This document shows, in pieces, positions 40,901 through 52,415 of a stretch of DNA of 64,000 bases. Position numbers and translations under genes: made by a program. Source of the stretch: Paragordius varius (lineage: Eukaryota; Animalia; Nematomorpha). The stretch covers positions 11,408,001-11,472,000 of the forward strand of contig OZ176050.1 of assembly GCA_964247055.1 (NCBI GenBank), written 5' to 3'. Position 1 is the first letter of the stretch. Each line of letters opens with the position of its first letter. The notes beneath the pieces are model-generated. The model was given only the letters and a program-made list of their open reading frames with translations. It was not told where the DNA came from and made no database searches.

Positions 40901-43900
40901 GCTCTCAACACATTTAAATTTTTATATAATCGATATTGTTTGTATATATCAATTTAATATTTTTTAATTTATATATTTAATTCCATTTTTAATTAAAGCA
41001 TTTACTCATTGTCATCATCGGTAATGTAACGATCGAAAAATGCTGCTGTAGTATCATTTTCTCCATAGTTTCTAATATATAGTAAAGGGGAAAAATATTA
41101 ATTAAAATCAATTCAGATATTAATACACAATAAATTTATACAATTATGTTTACCAAATGGTTAAGCTAAGGATTAACAATTTTTTTTTCGCATTATAATG
41201 TTAAAAATTAACCCTATTTAACATTACAAAATTTTAGATTAACAAACGTTATTTATTCATGATAACACCTAAACAATATATGCTAAGCAGCAATCATCAA
41301 AAACTTTATGATATGCTATATACGGCCAATTTAAAAAAATAAAAACTTATACCATAAACTTAATGACATATTTTTGACAGGAAAATGGTATAATTCAAAG
41401 TTAAACTTAAAAAATATGAATTTTAAATTACGCTCGAGTTGGAGATATTTCATGCGCAGACAAAACACCATATTCCTGCCATAACTGGTAATAATCGTAC
41501 TGGCCAATGCATATAAAGCAACAATTCGCACTCAAAGTTTTCATACATGCTTCAAAGTATTGAGCCCGTAAATTTGGTCGAATGCCAAATGTATCGCCGG
41601 CATTTAACTGAATTGAAACATCTCCTCCTTTAAAACGCACGTAAGTTAAAAATAATATAAAAGTGATGTAATGTAGCAATTATATATATTCTCCGTTCTT
41701 ATGACTTATTTAAAATATAATTAATACTTTAAAAATATTTATTTGAATATACACAAAACAATTAGACAGTAAAACAACCTATCAAAATATAATTTTTAAT
41801 ATTTATATTATGTAATGATATTTAATGAATCAACTGTGTGAAATAAAATATTGACCTAAACTTGAGTGAATTAGATTGTCATAATAGTGTTAAGGTTACA
41901 CAAAAAATATATATTGAAATCAAATATAATTGGGTTAAACATATAAAATCCAACTTAAACAAAAAGTAAGCTTAATTAAAAATAAAGTAAACCCCGATAT
42001 TTTTGTTTTGTTTGTCCTGGGTCATCAAATGTAAAAGTATTATTGCTTTCATACGGAGATGATTCTAAATCATCGTTATTGTAAGCATTTGCTGTTATGA
42101 TTAATTGACCAGAATAAACTATACACCATGAGTCTAACCTTTCACCCACGTTTAAAACCGTAGTGTTGGTGGTTTCAGTACTCTGGACCTCGGCAAATAG
42201 AGCTTTGCGACAAACTTCACTCAAGAATGAAATATATGCCGTGCGAAATTCCGAATTAGTTAACAAACAATTGTAAATTTCATTTCGAACGTGGGAATAT
42301 TTATCATTATCATTAACAATTGTTTTAGGCATTCGAACTGGTGCCATTCGTTGGAGTCGTAAAAATAGATTTAGTAAGGATAAAGCTAAAGTAGTAAGAA
42401 TCTGTTCATCTTTATTTTGTTCCCGGCTATTTTCACAGAAAGTAGACTCGGTTTTATGATTAGTAAGGCAGGACAAAAGGACACCTACCATGTAATGTAG
42501 GTCTTCGGGTGTCCGTTGTAAAGGATGGCACTCCATACAATGACGAAAATTATTCTCGGTATGTTCTTCCGAATTTGTAATATTTGTGGAACAAGGGATG
42601 ATAAACTTATCATAATCCTTCTAGTGTAAAAATGTAATAATAGGAAATTATTTAAATTTGACACGCGTATAAAAGAGCAATCTATTTTTTGTTGTAAAAA
42701 TTTTTTTTGTAATCACATGTTAGCGAGCGCATATTTAAAAAGCTAGCTATATTTTTGTCTACTTATGCGATATTAAAAACACATGACACCTACGGCACTC
42801 TTTAAAATATAATGTGCTTTATAATTGTCCAAAATTAATTAATAAGGAAATATTTAATATGCACTATGTAAATATTTAATATATACCATGTTTATTGTGC
42901 TATCTTCCTCATTTCCCTCTGAATCATTGAATTTCGACGTTTTTCTAAAATATTAAAAATAATATATGCATATTTTATTTATAACTATTTATTGTTGATA
43001 ATTGTGTGCATAGACGGTGTTTAAAAATTAAAAAAAATTTAATGATACTTATGATAATTAAACCAGAAAAAATGGTGAAGACCTCCTAAAATATATGTAT
43101 TTGAGAGCATAATATTTATAGTTAATTAGTGATTAATGGGTCAAATTTCATACGCCAAAGGCACAAAATAATTTACAGTTTATAAAAAAAGTCCATTTGA
43201 TTATTGTCGAAATATGGTAAATACCAAAAATAGTAAATAAAAATTTTTGTATTTTGGTGAATATCATTTTATTTTTAAATCCTATGGAGTTTCGATTACT
43301 AATAATACTCAATTGATAACATTAGACAACAAATTTTGACTTTTTTAACTGCCATTCTTGTAAATTTAAAATTTATTTCATTAAGTACATAAATGGTATA
43401 TAATGGTCTAACACTTGGGAAATATTTTTTATTAGGGTTTTGGGGCATAATCATAAAAAATCAAATTATTAAAAATTGTTAGGTGGAATCATAATTTTTA
43501 TTTCAGATTAACTGTTAAAATGATAGTAAATATCGGAAAATCTAAAAAGAGTGGCAGAAAAATTGTTATCTGGTGTTATAAAAAAACCATTGATTCTTTC
43601 TGCTGTACAAATGGTAAATTCATGAGCCTAATTAAAAAATGAGCTAAATTATCGGTTAAAAAGAATAAAACATAGCTTATATACTTTACCTATCGACGAT
43701 TTATGCTAATTTTGGAGATATTCTTTTAAATTATTTCAATATGGTTTTTTAATGTGCAAATTGTGATTACATTTTAAAAAATGAGAATAAATAAAAAAAA
43801 TTTAATGTCGGAAATGGTTTGTCATATTTATTAATAATTTAATTTTTATAAACTAAACCTATCAATAAGTTGTCGAAATAAATTTTTTGTGATTATATTA

Positions 43901-46900
43901 TATCTATATTTTTTAACCTTGAATTATTAAATAAAAAAATATAGGTTGACAAATACCAGGCATTTTATGAAAGACAAATGACAGATTCACAAGTTAGGGA
44001 GTAACTATAAGTATGTGTGTGGTATAATATAAAGGGAAAATTATTAACTGTATTTATACAATATACAGTTATTAAAATTTAAACCACAAAACTCATTCTA
44101 ATTTTTTCCCTGAAATAATCGATATATAGATATAAATATGGTATGGTCTTATTTTTAATACCATTAGGACATTAATAAGTTAATCTATATAAGTACTTAT
44201 TAATCATAAAAACGTATTTTTATCATCTCACGGTCAAAAACGAGTCAACGATATTGTAGTATTTATATAATTGATGGAAAAAACCAATTATATTTATGTC
44301 AAAAGAAAGAAAAAATGTAATTACCGTAGTAATATGTGTCATTTTAATAGTCAGTCAATTACTCCTAATAAATAATAAAAGGATGGATGATTTGTTATCC
44401 AAAATAAAAATTAAAAAACAGCTTTGAAACCACAATATATATGACTAAATTGCTTTGAATCTAAAAAAAATATATCCATTTTAAATTTAACGACTGGTTT
44501 AAAAGCAATTTGTCATTTATAAAAATGTACATGACACTACACAATATAAGTGCAAAATTGAATATGATATCATCTAATTGAGTGGACTACCCGTTATATA
44601 ATATCATCTATATTCCAAATCCTTTTTAAAAATACTCAACAATCCATCACCAATACGTTCAACGATAAAAAAAGGGTAAAAACTCATCGAATTAGCGGAA
44701 TCAAACAATTTAAAACTGTTAAATAAATAAGAAACTAATCCATCACTATAAACATTAAAAAATCATAAAAATTTGTCGCAAAATAAAAAATATTAAAGTT
44801 TTTCATTTCCTGTATCTCTTAAAGCGCTAGATACTTTAGCTTCATATTAAAACCTAAATCAAATACACATCATTTTTACTCACATATTTTAATGTCAAAA
44901 TTATGGTTTTTCCGCATAGATTATAATAGTAAGAAAAAAATAATATAATCCCTATTGTGTTCAACACATCCGCTACTCCTTATAAAGAAAAATTTAATAT
45001 TTAATTGATTGCGTTTAAAAGTGAAATTTCTACGTGAAATATAATGAATGGTAATCCCTTAAATAAAAATATAATGGGAGAAAATATAATATAAAATTAT
45101 TTTAAAACACAACAATGACCGATATAATAAATTTTTTTAAATTATAATAATTCATTTATGAGAAAAAAACGTTTTTTTGTAAAATATGGGAATTAACCTA
45201 AAAAACAATCATACTATTGTACCAAGTAGCTTAATATATTTTAAACATTAAAAATTATATAAAATATTTTTAAAAACAGCTAAAGATATTCAATATGTGG
45301 TTAAAATATGTTTTCAACAGATGATCGCTTAAGCATTTTTAATAAAAAAAAATTATTTAGCGATTGAAGAATTGCGACCAAATTTAATTTTGGATGTTAG
45401 TCAACTTAACTGAAAGAAATTAAATATAATTTAAGGTATTTTTTCATAATTTCTTTTTTAAAAAAAACTATAAATGGGTAAATACAATTACGCATGTATT
45501 CAAAAAGTTATCCATCAACTAAGTTTTTTTTCTATTTTATAATAATGTTATATAATTTCTGAACTGAAAATAATGCACATCTATGCCTCCACTCACTAAA
45601 ACTTAAAAAATCATCTCTTAAACTAAAAAAATTCTAAATTATATTGTATTGCACCCAACATAATTTAAAAAATTAAAATAAGGCTAACCGAATTTTAAGC
45701 GAAGATGGGGATGAGGATAGTCTTATCGGAATAAAAACTTCATTTGTTCCGTTGGCGTCACGCGAAAATTTAGAGTTTAAAAGGTTTGCCATACAATTTT
45801 CATTTATGTCACCATTGTTGTTCAAATTATTGTTTCCGTAAGAATTGGCATTTTCATGACAAAATGTTTGAGAGGTAGGAAAATTGTTTGCGGCAAAGCC
45901 CTCAAATATTATATCCTTTTGTTCTTTATCTTTTTGTGTCATATTATTTAAATTATGGCGTTTAGTTCGACTACGTCCAAGTGAATTGCTGGAATAATGG
46001 GGATGTGAAACATTGTTTTTAGTGATTCCATTTTCTTTTAAATTAAAATTATTGTTTTGAGTGTAAAGTAGTAGGTTTGTATTAGTAATATTTTCATCAA
46101 TACTTTTTACAGCATTATCGGTCATTGTTTGTGTACAATGTATCATAGATGAAACGTTTTTATTTTTATTTTTCGGATATGGGATCTAGGTTCACAAAGA
46201 AAAATGATTTAAATATATATATGATTTAAAAGGTTATGCGTAAATATGTATGATATTAAATTTTGTTTAGCTGTTGAATATTTCAAATTTTAAAAAATAA
46301 AATATTTGAATGCTAATATAACAATAATATATAGAGAAAATAATTATGATAAAATATTTATAATAATCATATTTAAAAGATTGTTAAGCAATCAATTTAA
46401 ATTTGTGCATCTATGTTATAAAAATATTATTAGATTACCATAAGAAATTCAGAATATTCCAAAACTGTACATTCTTTTAATCGTTTGATACTTCCATTGG
46501 TTCTTTGGCCAAATCTATTTTTGCAAAATAAGATATATTACCTTACCATTTCATTTTATTGCCAAAAAATATTAATTGATTAAACAAACATTCATATAAA
46601 ACAAAACACAAGACAAAAAATTAATTAAATATTTTCAAAATAAATTATTAATTACATTTTGTAAGGTAAGATAGGTGGTTCTCCAACTATTCGAACGCTT
46701 CCAGACAAAAGAATATACCATCTATCGGCAAACTCACCGCGACTAATAAAAATAATTTAAAAGTAATTTTTTTCATAAAAATGTGAACTATATAAATAAA
46801 TACCAATATAAAATATCATTTGCTCCATGAACTTCATATATAGCATATTTGCTAGCATATTCAGTATTGTAAATACTATCACTTAGTTCATCTGATGAAA

Positions 46901-47450
46901 ATATATTTTTCTCATTTAGAAAGTTTTGTAGATAATAGAGATCCTGATTTTAAAAATTGATATTTTACTTGATCAGTTCGCTCATTAGCATGCTTGGTGG
47001 TAATACTGATAAATTTAAATTTGGTTTTATGGTCTATAAACATTTGAATAAATGCATGTGGAGGCGTAAATGCTTTTTATTGTAAATTTTAATCTACCAC
47101 AAGGTAGTGAACAACAGGTATTTATTTGCAATATTTTATACCGCTTGTACCATCAATTTTAATTAAAATTATCGAATTGATAATAAATTTTGCTACTATG
47201 CTTTTTTACAAATGTTCTAATATACATCTTACCTTGATATATTTGCGAGTATCAAGGGTCAGTAAAAAGTATATTTTGAGATCAAAGACCTTTATGTTTA
47301 CCATTGTAGAATATATTAATAATATTATTAGTTAATTTTGATGATCAGTAGGCATGTATTATTCATAACAGGTTTATCATGTTGTTTTTGGTTTTGGCCC
47401 TTGTGATTGATTTCAGAAAGTTATTTACACTTTTGTGGTGATTGCTCCAT
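22886..47450 (-). CDS. RAPGEF2: PDZ-domain Rap guanine nucleotide exchange factor, RAPGEF2/RAPGEF6-like (cNMP, cNMP-like, REM, PDZ, RA, RasGEF)
   Basis: Exons (high to low): 47429-47450 (start tentative), 46969-47033, 46804-46943, 46656-46742, 46439-46514, 45689-46185, 42887-42944, 41993-42620, 41432-41627, 41006-41071, 40353-40722, 39872-40054, 39568-39675, 38992-39195, 38404-38512, 38074-38226, 37428-37488, 36939-37178, 36337-36516, 35653-35876, 33325-33485, 33140-33204, 32872-32979, 32197-32546, 31567-31823, 31180-31397, 30723-30901, 29600-29983, 29061-29171, 28664-28786, 28474-28551, 27986-28149, 27301-27460, 26731-26922, 26129-26350, 25635-25751, 25340-25402, 25021-25254, about 24650/24694-24819, 23833-about 24412, 23308-23379, 23082-23147, 22886-23013. 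Motifs: [62 protein letters not shown]...[26 protein letters not shown]...[22 protein letters not shown], RasGEF FWVVYEI...[12 protein letters not shown]...[18 protein letters not shown]...[24 protein letters not shown]. The 24.4-24.7 kb junction and the start codon are uncertain, and RAPGEF2 cannot be told from RAPGEF6. Confidence 0.92.
31883..31920. repeat. (TA)19 microsatellite
   Basis: Perfect TA run in intron 31824-32196. Confidence 0.9.
33950..35530. mobile_element. Degenerate DNA-transposon relic (Chapaev/CMC-like) with long inverted arms
   Basis: About 33950-34330 and about 35165-35530 are imperfect reverse complements (e.g. tatgccacata/tatgtggcata, gtcactcaagact/agtcttgagtgac). The plus strand at about 34970-35290 translates with stops and frameshifts to CFKN...[18 protein letters not shown]...[22 protein letters not shown], resembling the HLDFFPENLGAVSDEHGERFHQDI-type transposase. 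Superfamily assignment is from memory. Confidence 0.55.
34440..34790 (+). mobile_element. RTE-clade LINE 3' remnant nested in the inverted-arm element
   Basis: Translates to [27 protein letters not shown]...HDRTEW, like the RTE/BovB C-terminus LEKxIMLGKxEGxRxRGRPxxRW...DRxxW. Confidence 0.7.
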
Positions 47451-47879
47451 ATCATTTTTTAATTAAATTTTTAGGCGAATATGCTTTTTGAAAAATATGA
47501 CTAAAATCGAACTTTATATAAAAATAAACAATATTTTTATAGAATTCCAATTATTTAACGCTGCGAAAGCCCTAAATTTTTTTGCTATTATAAAATGTAT
47601 GCTAGATTTAATATCAACAATGAATATTTTTAAAAAATGCACATTTTGAAAAATAAAATTTTCAGCTTTGCTAACACTTCATTACCTTTTGGGGTAGCCT
47701 TATATATTAAGAAATTTGAATATTTAAAAAGTATGTAAGATATTAAGTCGAATTTAAAAAAATGAATAATTCCTCATCTCAAACTTTTTGTTGCCATTTT
47801 CAATAATTTTTTTATTCGTTATTGCATCAAGGAAGTAAATTCTGGTTAAAAATGATAATTAACTTCAAATAGCTTTCAT

Positions 47880-48590
47880 GCCCCATTTTACCAGTAAAAA
47901 CGAGTTGCATGAGTTGAAGGAATTGGTGAACAAATGGATTGATCTGTTACGATTGTGAGGTTAAAAAGCTAAAAAGAAAACGGAACTTAATTATTCGTAA
48001 GAAAAACGACAAGTGGAATTACAAGGTTGGGTTAAAATCCAGGAGATATGCAAATATTTAGGAGCTATTTTAGCATCATATGGTTCTTTAATGCATGATA
48101 AAAATCTAAGAAGAAATGGGCCAATTATAAAAAGATTTCAAATGTTTCTTACGATAAAAATATCGATTAAAAGTTAAGGGTAAGATATACAGGTATGTTG
48201 TACGGCCAACAATGATGTACAACTCACAGACATAGGCATTGAAGAATCAGAGAGGCAGCTTAATTTTACTGAAATGAGAATGTTTAGATTGATGTGCGGT
48301 GTAATAAGGAAAAGTGAGCAATGTATACATTAGCGGAAGGACAGAAATCCAGCCGATAACGTAAAAAATGATGTAAATTCGTCTTAGATTTGGACATGTG
48401 GAAAAAAGAGATAATAACTACAATGGTTAAAAGATTGATGCTTATATTGAAGGTAAGAGGGCGACCTAAAATGTAATGGATTGACAGGGTTAAGGGGGAC
48501 ATGGTAAAACAGAACTTAAAACGCGAGGACGCCATAGACATTATTATATGGCAAAATAGTTTACGGATATCCGCTCAGAAGGGTGATATT
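47880..48590 (+). mobile_element. RTE-clade LINE remnant (end of reverse transcriptase plus C-terminal domain), pseudogenised
   Basis: Fragments CKYLGAIL, KGKIYRYVVRPTMMY, TEMRMFRLMCGV, RLRFGHVEKR, RPKM*WIDRVKGDM and EDAID..W, with stops and frameshifts. Confidence 0.85.
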
Positions 48591-48609
48591 ATATAATGTA
48601 ATTATTATT

Positions 48610-49790
48610 ATATATTTAATATATCTCTCGCGCAATCATGGCCCTGTCGTCCTTATTTTAAGAGAACTTGCCCATTTTAGACAGGTCCAAAAATTAGCGA
48701 TTTCGGATAAAAAATAAAAAACATGGTTTTGCTTTTTCTCTATAGTTTTTGATATTTTTTGGAATAAAGCATCTAGCTTTCATCAATAAAATTTTATTGA
48801 TATTATATTAAACACAAAAAAAGTCACATACATCATCCACTTCATTTTAGGCATTATATAATTACAAGATAATATATCATAGTTATAAGATAATAAAGCT
48901 AACACACTTTACATATTATTTAAAAAATTGGTTTTTTAGATATTCCAATGTATCTAATAAATAAAAAACCCTTAGTTTCTTTAGCTATAAGCGTATTAAG
49001 GGGCGATTAACAAAATGCGGGGTTAATGAAAAAAATGTGGCTAGAACAGTGTTAAGCGGCCAAAAGTGCTTTTTTATGGCCCTAAATTAATAAAAAATTT
49101 TAATGCATTTATTTTAAGTATAAATATCTGCAAATGTATCAAATAGTTATAAAATTTTAGGTATTATATGGTGCACGGCCCTGAAAGATAAATATTTTTT
49201 TCGGCCCTTTAAAATTTTTTGGTTAGTGCAAGTGGGTTAAATTATGTTTGGCGGACCTGTTTAATTCTATGAATTCTTTCGAAACTGAATGCGACTCTCC
49301 ATTTACCAAGAAATGCTAATTGTTTTCGCACATCCGAATTATCATCACTCATTAAAAAGGAAAAAATCAACTAACAGATTGCGTATCATTGTTTATGCTT
49401 ATAGGGATGCCCATTACATTTGGCAAAAGTAGGGACCGCCACTTTTCCTTATCTTTATGTTAATTACAAATACAGAATGTTGGCTTTAAGTCAATTTTCC
49501 GGAAAACGCCAACGGACAATTGAAATCAATTAAACTTTTTATTCATTTATAAATTTGTCAAACATAGTAGAAATATTGTTTTAAACGCTCGGCCCACCTT
49601 GTATGAAAATTAGGTTATTTGAAAAATTCAATTCCCTACTATATTTTCGGAAAACACAGGCCCTTTCAGATTCAATAAGGTATAGTGACCAGATAGGCTG
49701 TTTTTCGCAGTACTGTACTGGGTTTTCTGAAAAAACTGCGCCTGTACTGCGCCCACTTTTGTACTGCTTTTTGAAATAAAAAAATTAATT
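48610..49790. mobile_element. Probable DNA-transposon/MITE debris
   Basis: GC-enriched patches with repeated ggccc motifs and tandem gtactg(c) motifs at 49710-49770; no clean termini or ORF found. Confidence 0.3.
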
Positions 49791-50269
49791 TTTAAATATA
49801 CATTATTTACCTTTTATTTATTCAAAAAAAATATTTTAGAATTTAATATAGTACCCTCTGTAAAAATAACCTCATAATTGGTTACAGAAATGCATTTTGA
49901 GGTACAAAACTAATCTGCTCGAATACATAAAACATAGGATTACGACCTTTCGCGCAGTGGCGAAACTATAAATCTCGGAGTCTACACCGTAAGATTCAGG
50001 CTAATGGTTCTTTCACTTAGGGCTTCGTTTAATTAAAAATCTAATTTATAATATTTTTATATTTGACAGTTAGAAAGTTTTGTTAAAATTATTAAACGGA
50101 AAATTATAAAATTTAAAATTTATTATATATGGCAGATGATTTCGAAATAACCTTTTTTCGTAAAAAATAGAGTTTTTACGGTATGATATTTCTTAATTTT
50201 TTTCCTAAACATTAATTTTTATTTTTTTTACAGTTTAGAGTCTCTTTTTTCCTTTTAATTAAAGGGCAA

Positions 50270-50418
50270 GGACTTAAATTGTATCCGGACTTGTGAAGGC
50301 TTTAACACTCGCCTGCCCAGGGCTGATAGTGATGATGGAAAAATTGCGTAGTTTCGAGGTTCAAACTCTGTCATGCAGTGCAAGAGTCCGGCGCCCTACC
50401 TACTATACCATCACGCCT
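50270..50418 (-). mobile_element. tRNA-derived SINE-like head (not a functional tRNA)
   Basis: The minus strand reads GGCGTGATGGTATAGTAGGTAGGGCGCCGGACTCTTG...GAGTTTGAACCTCG, with A-box-like and B-box-like motifs at tRNA spacing; there is no closing acceptor stem, and a non-tRNA body follows. Confidence 0.5.
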
Positions 50419-50726
50419 CTGAACATTAATTTTTATTAGTTATCTTATTTTTTTGCATAAATAAAATTGAGATATTTTGTTGAAGCGTACTTCAAACTGT
50501 TTTGAAGCATGATGGAAACTGTATAACGCTTTGAGATATAATAAAATTCTTTTTCCAAATAATTCGATGATGTTGAACATTCATAGTTTAATGTTTGCTT
50601 GCAAGTTTTGGAGCATTTTGGTGAAAAAAACAATTTTTATTTAACATAATTTTGAAAACGAACAAATATTTCAATCAAAATCCGTGTGAGAAATTAGCAT
50701 TATCGAATTATATATATATAATGTTA

Positions 50727-50886
50727 CTAGCGTGAATCTCGTGCTGCTACGCAGCCCGAGGAAGTCCTTCGGACTTCTGGGGGGGGGGGGGAGGGGGGGG
50801 GTTCGAAGTTTGGATTTGATTGGGTCAACCGGTTTTCCTATACCAGATCACAAAGCCAGCATTTTCCATTTTTATAAATATATAGA
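50727..50886 (-). mobile_element. Minimal 160-bp non-autonomous Helitron
   Basis: Minus strand: A|TCTATATATTTATAAAAATGGAAAATGCTGGC...CGGGCTGC-GTA-GCAGCACG (hairpin) AGATTCACG CTAG|T, giving a TC start, a subterminal GC hairpin, a CTAG end and an A|T insertion site. Confidence 0.78.
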
Positions 50887-50939
50887 TCACCATAAATAAT
50901 TTAATATCCATATATCTTTTAACATGCTATACATATGAT

Positions 50940-52415
50940 AGATACTCCTTACTCAGCATCTATCATCAAAGAAACGCTTGACTAAAATTGTTGCCTTTTA
51001 ACAGGCAATACGAAAAATCTTTCTCGAATTTTTACAGTCTCATACCGTGGGCAAAAAAATACAATCGAAAAAATATTTTTGTGGACTTTGTTTTTTTTTG
51101 AAAAAAATGGCATTTTACGGGGGGAGCGGATAAAAAGAGGGCCTAAATCAAAAAAGTGGCTCGACTATGTTCGGCGCAATCGAAAATGAGTAAACAAAAA
51201 TCATATTTGAAATTGAATGGTCCAACACGTTCTCCAAAAAATTGACTTAACCCATTTTTCACACGGGATGGGCCCAAACTGGGGACCTAATTCCAAAAAA
51301 TGGCGAAGCTATTGTCGGGACATTTATCAATGATTAAATTTTTTCGATGTTTGGATTTGAATGGGTTCACCAGTTTTCCGGAAACAGATCACAAAGTTAT
51401 ATGAAAAATAAGTTTTTAGCGGGTAGCTCCTTACCCAGCAGCTATCATCAAATAAACGGTGGACTAAAATTTTTGCCTTTTAACAGGGAATACGTGGAAT
51501 CTTTATTGAATTTTTACGGTCTCATACCTAAGGCGAAAAATCGATTTTAAAAAATATTTCTGTGGACTTTGTTTTTTGAAAAAAATGGCATTTTACGGGG
51601 GGAGCGGGTAAAAAGAGGGCCTAAATCAAAAAAGTGGCTCGGCTATGTTCGGCGCAATCGAAAATGAGTAAACAAAAATCATATTTGAAATTGAATGGTC
51701 CAACACGTTCTCCAAAAAATTGACTTAACCCATTTTTCACACGGGATGGGCCCAAACTGGGGACCTAATTCCAAAAAATGGCGAAGCTATTGTCGGGACA
51801 TTTATTAATGATTAAATTTTTTCGATGTTTGGATTTGAATGGGTTCACCAGTTTTCCGGAAACAGATCACAAAGTTATATGAAAAATAAGTTTTTAGCGG
51901 GTAGCTCCTTACCCAGCAGCTATCATCAAATAAACGGTGGACTAAAATTTTTGCCTTTTAACAGGGAATACGTGGAATCTTTATTGAATTTTTACGGTCT
52001 CATACCTAAGGCGAAAAATCGATTTTAAAAAATATTTCTGTGGACTTTGTTTTTTGAAAAAAATGGCATTTTACGGGGGGAGCGGGTAAAAAGAGGGCCT
52101 AAATCAAAAAAGTGGCTCGGCTATGTTCGGCGCAATCGAAAATAAGTAAACAAAAATCATATTTGAAATTGAATGGTCCAACACGTTCTCCGGAAAATTG
52201 TCTCAAAAACACGATTTTGTGGACTTGTGTTAAAAAAACCCGTTTTTCATACGGGGTGGGCCCGAACTGGGGGCCTATTTCAAAAAAAGGGCGAAGCTAT
52301 TGTCGGGACATTTATTAATGATTATATTTTTTCGATATTTGGATTTGATTGGGTCAACCGGTTTTCCTGTACCAGATCACAAAGCCAGCATTTTCCATTT
52401 TTATAAATATATAGA
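50940..52415 (-). mobile_element. Helitron 5' portion with about 3 tandem copies of a 478-bp unit
   Basis: Identical ORFs at 51347 and 51825 give the 478-bp period; the 5' terminus A|TCTATATATTTATAA at 52415 is shared with the copies at 50886 and 20233. Confidence 0.8.

Noticed and set aside
50350-50418. Functional tRNA gene
   Set aside because: No acceptor-stem closure, a degenerate T-loop and an irregular anticodon arm; treated as a SINE head.
51347-52406. Duplicated 67-aa ORFs and neighbouring plus-strand ORFs as a gene family
   Set aside because: They are by-products of the 478-bp tandem unit, with no recognisable domain or splice structure.
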